NCBI GenBank assembly: GCA_964036045.1
Contig: OZ038379.1
Coordinates: 30,318,001-30,382,000 of the forward strand
Origin: Eutreptiella sp. 'Long Island Sound 2002'
Taxonomy: Eukaryota > Protista > Euglenida
DNA length: 64,000 bases
Direction: 5' to 3'
Part shown: positions 60,501 to 64,000 of the stretch, piece by piece
Layout of the letters: the number at the start of each line of letters is the position of its first letter
Numbering within the stretch: the first letter of the stretch is position 1
Made by a program: the position numbers and the translations under genes
The notes under the pieces: model-generated
What the model was told of the DNA's origin: nothing
The model's database searches: none
Seen by the model: the letters and a program-made list of their open reading frames with translations, nothing else

Positions 60501-63500
60501 TATCCATCCTTTGGAAGGCTAAAAAAACCATGTATTCAAGAAAATAACGCGTTGTAGCAGCATATGTATTAAAATCGGGTGATTTTGAGCTTCTGTGTCT
60601 CATGCATACTTGTCCTTTCAGAGCACATGATGAAATTGTTGTAGTTCATTATTGCAGTGCAATTGCTGTATTGTGTCTTGAACTCTGCGCTGCGCCCCAC
60701 TTTTTGTAGGCCCCACGATTGTGTGTGTATTTTTGAGTTTGTTCGCATGATGAATTTATAACATGCTAGACTATATGATGGCACTTGTTTGACAATTTTG
60801 TCAATGTTTTGGGTTGCGACCATATTGCACTGATGTGTCTTTTTGTTCTTACATCCCATACATTGCGTAAGTTTTCTGCGTTGTGATATTTGAGATGTAT
60901 GATTTGAATGGACCCGGCCTCTTTCGGCAGTTTTCTGAGGGTTCCCTGTTGGACAAGGATTGGGATGCTAGGATTGGGATGCCGTTGATGCCGCGATAGC
61001 CAATTCAGTACCCCATTAAGTACCCCATTCATTGCTTTTGACAGCACAGACCATGCCCCTCAAGGGGCTATCTTGGCAGAGCTTTGATGGAGCTGTTTTA
61101 TGTACACTCAACGGAGGGAGGGTTGCACATGAGGAATTTTCAAGTCTGCTTGTGCACCACGTCCCACAAGAAATTTAGGACTACACGTGAAATACCCCCG
61201 CTTCAAAATATCCCATGGCGAAAGTTTCCCGCCGCAAAGCCCCCCTCCCCCCTCCCTAGCATTCACAGTTGCCCATGTTGCCTTGCATGTACGGTTACCT
61301 GCATCAATATAAACATGCATTGCAAGAAGTCCGCAAGACCCTTTCCCATTTTTGCTCGGCCGGAGAGGATATAATTGATTTAGAGTCCAATGTGTTGCCG
61401 CATTTCGCCCTTTTTTTGTTCCTTTGTGTGTTCCGACCAACATATTTGAAGGCACTAATTTGTAGTGGCTCATACAGCCCAGACTTAGGAGGATGGTCTG
61501 CTCAGACTACCAGTCCAAATGATGATGTAAATTGTGCTATGATTTTATCCCAAGCCGCTCCAAGGGCCTCTGGCAGTCGCAACAAAGCAGCGAAGAAAAG
61601 GAAGGGGCGTGGGTCTACTAAAATAGGACTTGCATAGAGAAGCCCCACCGGAGGGGCAAGTGCCATTCGTTGCATTTCGGTGGGTGTGTGTTGGTGTGGT
61701 ACAATGTCAGGCCGGTTCTTTGCGTGGTTGGGTGTTCTAGAAATGTCCATGTTGGTTGTGTTTTTTTATTTTTTTAGGTGCTCAAATGTCGTTCGACATG
61801 TATGTCCGTTGTGAACTCCATGCACAACAAGGCATATGCATACAGCCGATTGGCATTAAGGATAGACAACAACGGCCCTACATTTTTCCCCCCAAGACTG
61901 TGAACAACAGCACACCATAAGCTGGAGGTGATTCGAAGGGCCGAAAGGGTTGGAAGAACCTTTGGTCTCTCCCAGGTTGAGTGCAGGCAGCCAACGGTAA
62001 GACGGTCAACCAGGAGAAGAAATAATAACCATCGAGATTCCTCCTCATAATCCTCTGAGAACCTTGTTATGGAGGAAGTGTGTTGCAGAATGCTAATTTG
62101 TGAAATGTGCCCTAAACATCTCCTATGTGCCATTTTTTGTTGTAAACGCGCGTTGTACCGTGCTTTTTTCTAAAACATAGTTTTTGGTGCCATATTGACT
62201 GAGGCTATGAGGCCATGCAGTTTGTGTGCACAGCCTTCATGTGACAGTTTTTTTACAATTTTTGAATTGCTGACTCGCTGGTGCCGTGTTTCTATTTTGA
62301 TGCTAATTTTATAATTATTTACATGTTGAGATCCCATGGAAGGCATTGCTTTCCTTTTTTGATGCTCTGCTGATAGGTGTGCTTGAGATAGAGTATTTGA
62401 TTGTCGAAAAACATTTAATAATACCCCGAAAAAATAGTTTTACGCGCTGAGGGGGGGGGGGGGGTATGGACAACAGCCCAAGTTTGTGTGTGTTGTAGGG
62501 TTCATTTTCCATTTCTTGTGGACGTACATAAGTGGCTGCCTAAGTAACCATCACATTTAATCACAATGCACATCGCCGGAGCCGGCGAAAGTGTGCTCTC
62601 CGAGGATTTTGCTTGTTTCTTTGGGAGAATGAGATGAATCACGGATGTGGAAAGTACTCAATATCTTGATTTTCTCAAAAACAATTAAGCCTCCCTTTTG
62701 AGCCAGTGTTGACAATTTTTTTTTGAAAAACACCTTGGGTAAAACCTCCGGTGAAAGGATAAATGGACCCTTGAACACGCACATGGCATCTTTTCAGCCC
62801 AACTGTGCGCATTGATGCCCCAGCCCACAGACATTAGAAAAAAGAAACGGAAGGCACTTGTTGTGTCCGGCTCATGTGGTAATGGTCCTTGACCCAACGC
62901 ACCCGGACTAGGGTGTGTGAGGTAGAAGGCTCCACCAAGCGCACCTTGCGCATGTGCGTAGCCAAGGTACATTGCCACATTGTGGTGGATGCTGAAGATT
63001 CGGCTAGGGCTGATCCAGATCCCTAGTCTAATGCAGGGGAATCCTCAAGGCATGGCATTGTTCGTGGTAGTGGCAGTTGTCACTTTGATGATAGTGATGC
63101 AACCAGTAGTGCTATCACCATCAGCGTTTCAAAAACTAAGGCAGCCCCCCCTCCCCCACCAGCCAAGAAAAAGTTGCGCCGGACAAGAGTACGAGCAAGC
63201 CAAAGCTTGACACAAGCACCGGCCCGTATTGCGATTGATGTTGATGCAGAATCCACTTCAACCCCATTAATCCATTTGTTGAGTGAGGGGGTTTTCCTTC
63301 CGAAAGATACTAAGGTGGCATTTGAACAAAGCCCAGCAGCGCTCTCACAGGCACGAAACGCCGCCTTGAATGAAACGTCTTTGGTTCTGTGAAACCCACC
63401 AGCAGCCGGCCTGTCAGACATGCGAGCGCGCACACCGAGGAATGCGCCACTGCTACCGCATGGGGCATAAGGGACACCCATGCGTGAACAAGCGGAACCT

Positions 63501-64000
63501 GTGGTCCCTTGTCAGCAGACCCACCTCGCCAGGGGCAAAGAGACTCAAGCCATGGGTCGGCACCCTGGACACGGCGAGCCGCTAGCAATTGGCATGCTTG
63601 CGGCAATGGCCGAGATGTACGAAGGGCAGCACCCCCGTGCAGACGGCTGAGAGCCTGCCTTGACGCCAACAATGACCAGTCGGCCAAGCAGCCCTGTAAG
63701 AGCCCCAAGTTGCATGGGCGGGTAACTGCGAAGCACACCTGAGAATCTGACCAACGGTAGGCGGGCGGGCGCGGTAAGGGCGGCCTGCTGCTGCCAATAG
63801 GCAAGCAAGCCATGATGCGGGGACCTGTCGTCATCCCCAACCCCCTATACAAGCCAATGCTGGTCTCCCTTCTAAATATGAATCCCCCCCCCTAGTCATT
63901 CAAACAGAGCAATAGCAGGTGCTGGTATGTTTGAATGATTGGGCGTCACACGCAAATCAACAACCCCTCAGTAGATTACAGTGTCCCTACCATCGCCTTT

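Larger units (their letters stand above)
52222..62534. mobile_element. Possible ~10.3-kb decayed DNA transposon with CAC...GTG ends
   Basis: cacttagggacgt vs acgtacataagtg (imperfect IR), flanked by GC on both sides. AT-richer subterminal regions; encloses transposase-like ORFs. Confidence 0.3.

Noticed and set aside
59500-61100. Ulp1-like protease cargo
   Set aside because: Could not locate the HW...D...Q..DCG catalytic motifs.

Overview
Eukaryotic (protist-like) repeat-dense window. It has GT-AG introns and long G/C homopolymers, and shows no prokaryotic operons, rRNA or CRISPR. Almost all ORF-track entries are artefacts of repeats or antisense reading. From start to end it contains: a 3.8-kb G-rich satellite; an (ATAGT)n tract; an F-box fragment; an 85-bp tandem array split by a 5'-truncated LINE (zinc knuckle plus RNase H) and tRNA-headed SINE-like units; a degenerate 2OG-Fe(II) dioxygenase/Zn-finger gene; three related or analogous DDE transposase loci with RAG1/Transib-like motif order; a twin-primed (5'-inverted) LINE insertion; a 3-kb tandem duplication; a degenerate APE+RT LINE; and a large decayed element with two related DNF...GxWH...E transposase-like ORFs. 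The best-preserved feature is a ~6.8-kb TIR DNA transposon (32299-39068). It has 34-bp TIRs, a probable 5-bp TSD, an uninterrupted 624-aa spliced transposase, a second intron-containing gene, and a private GAACGTCGCCGGAAC module found only in its introns and non-coding parts. All family assignments come from motif recognition by eye; no database search was run.
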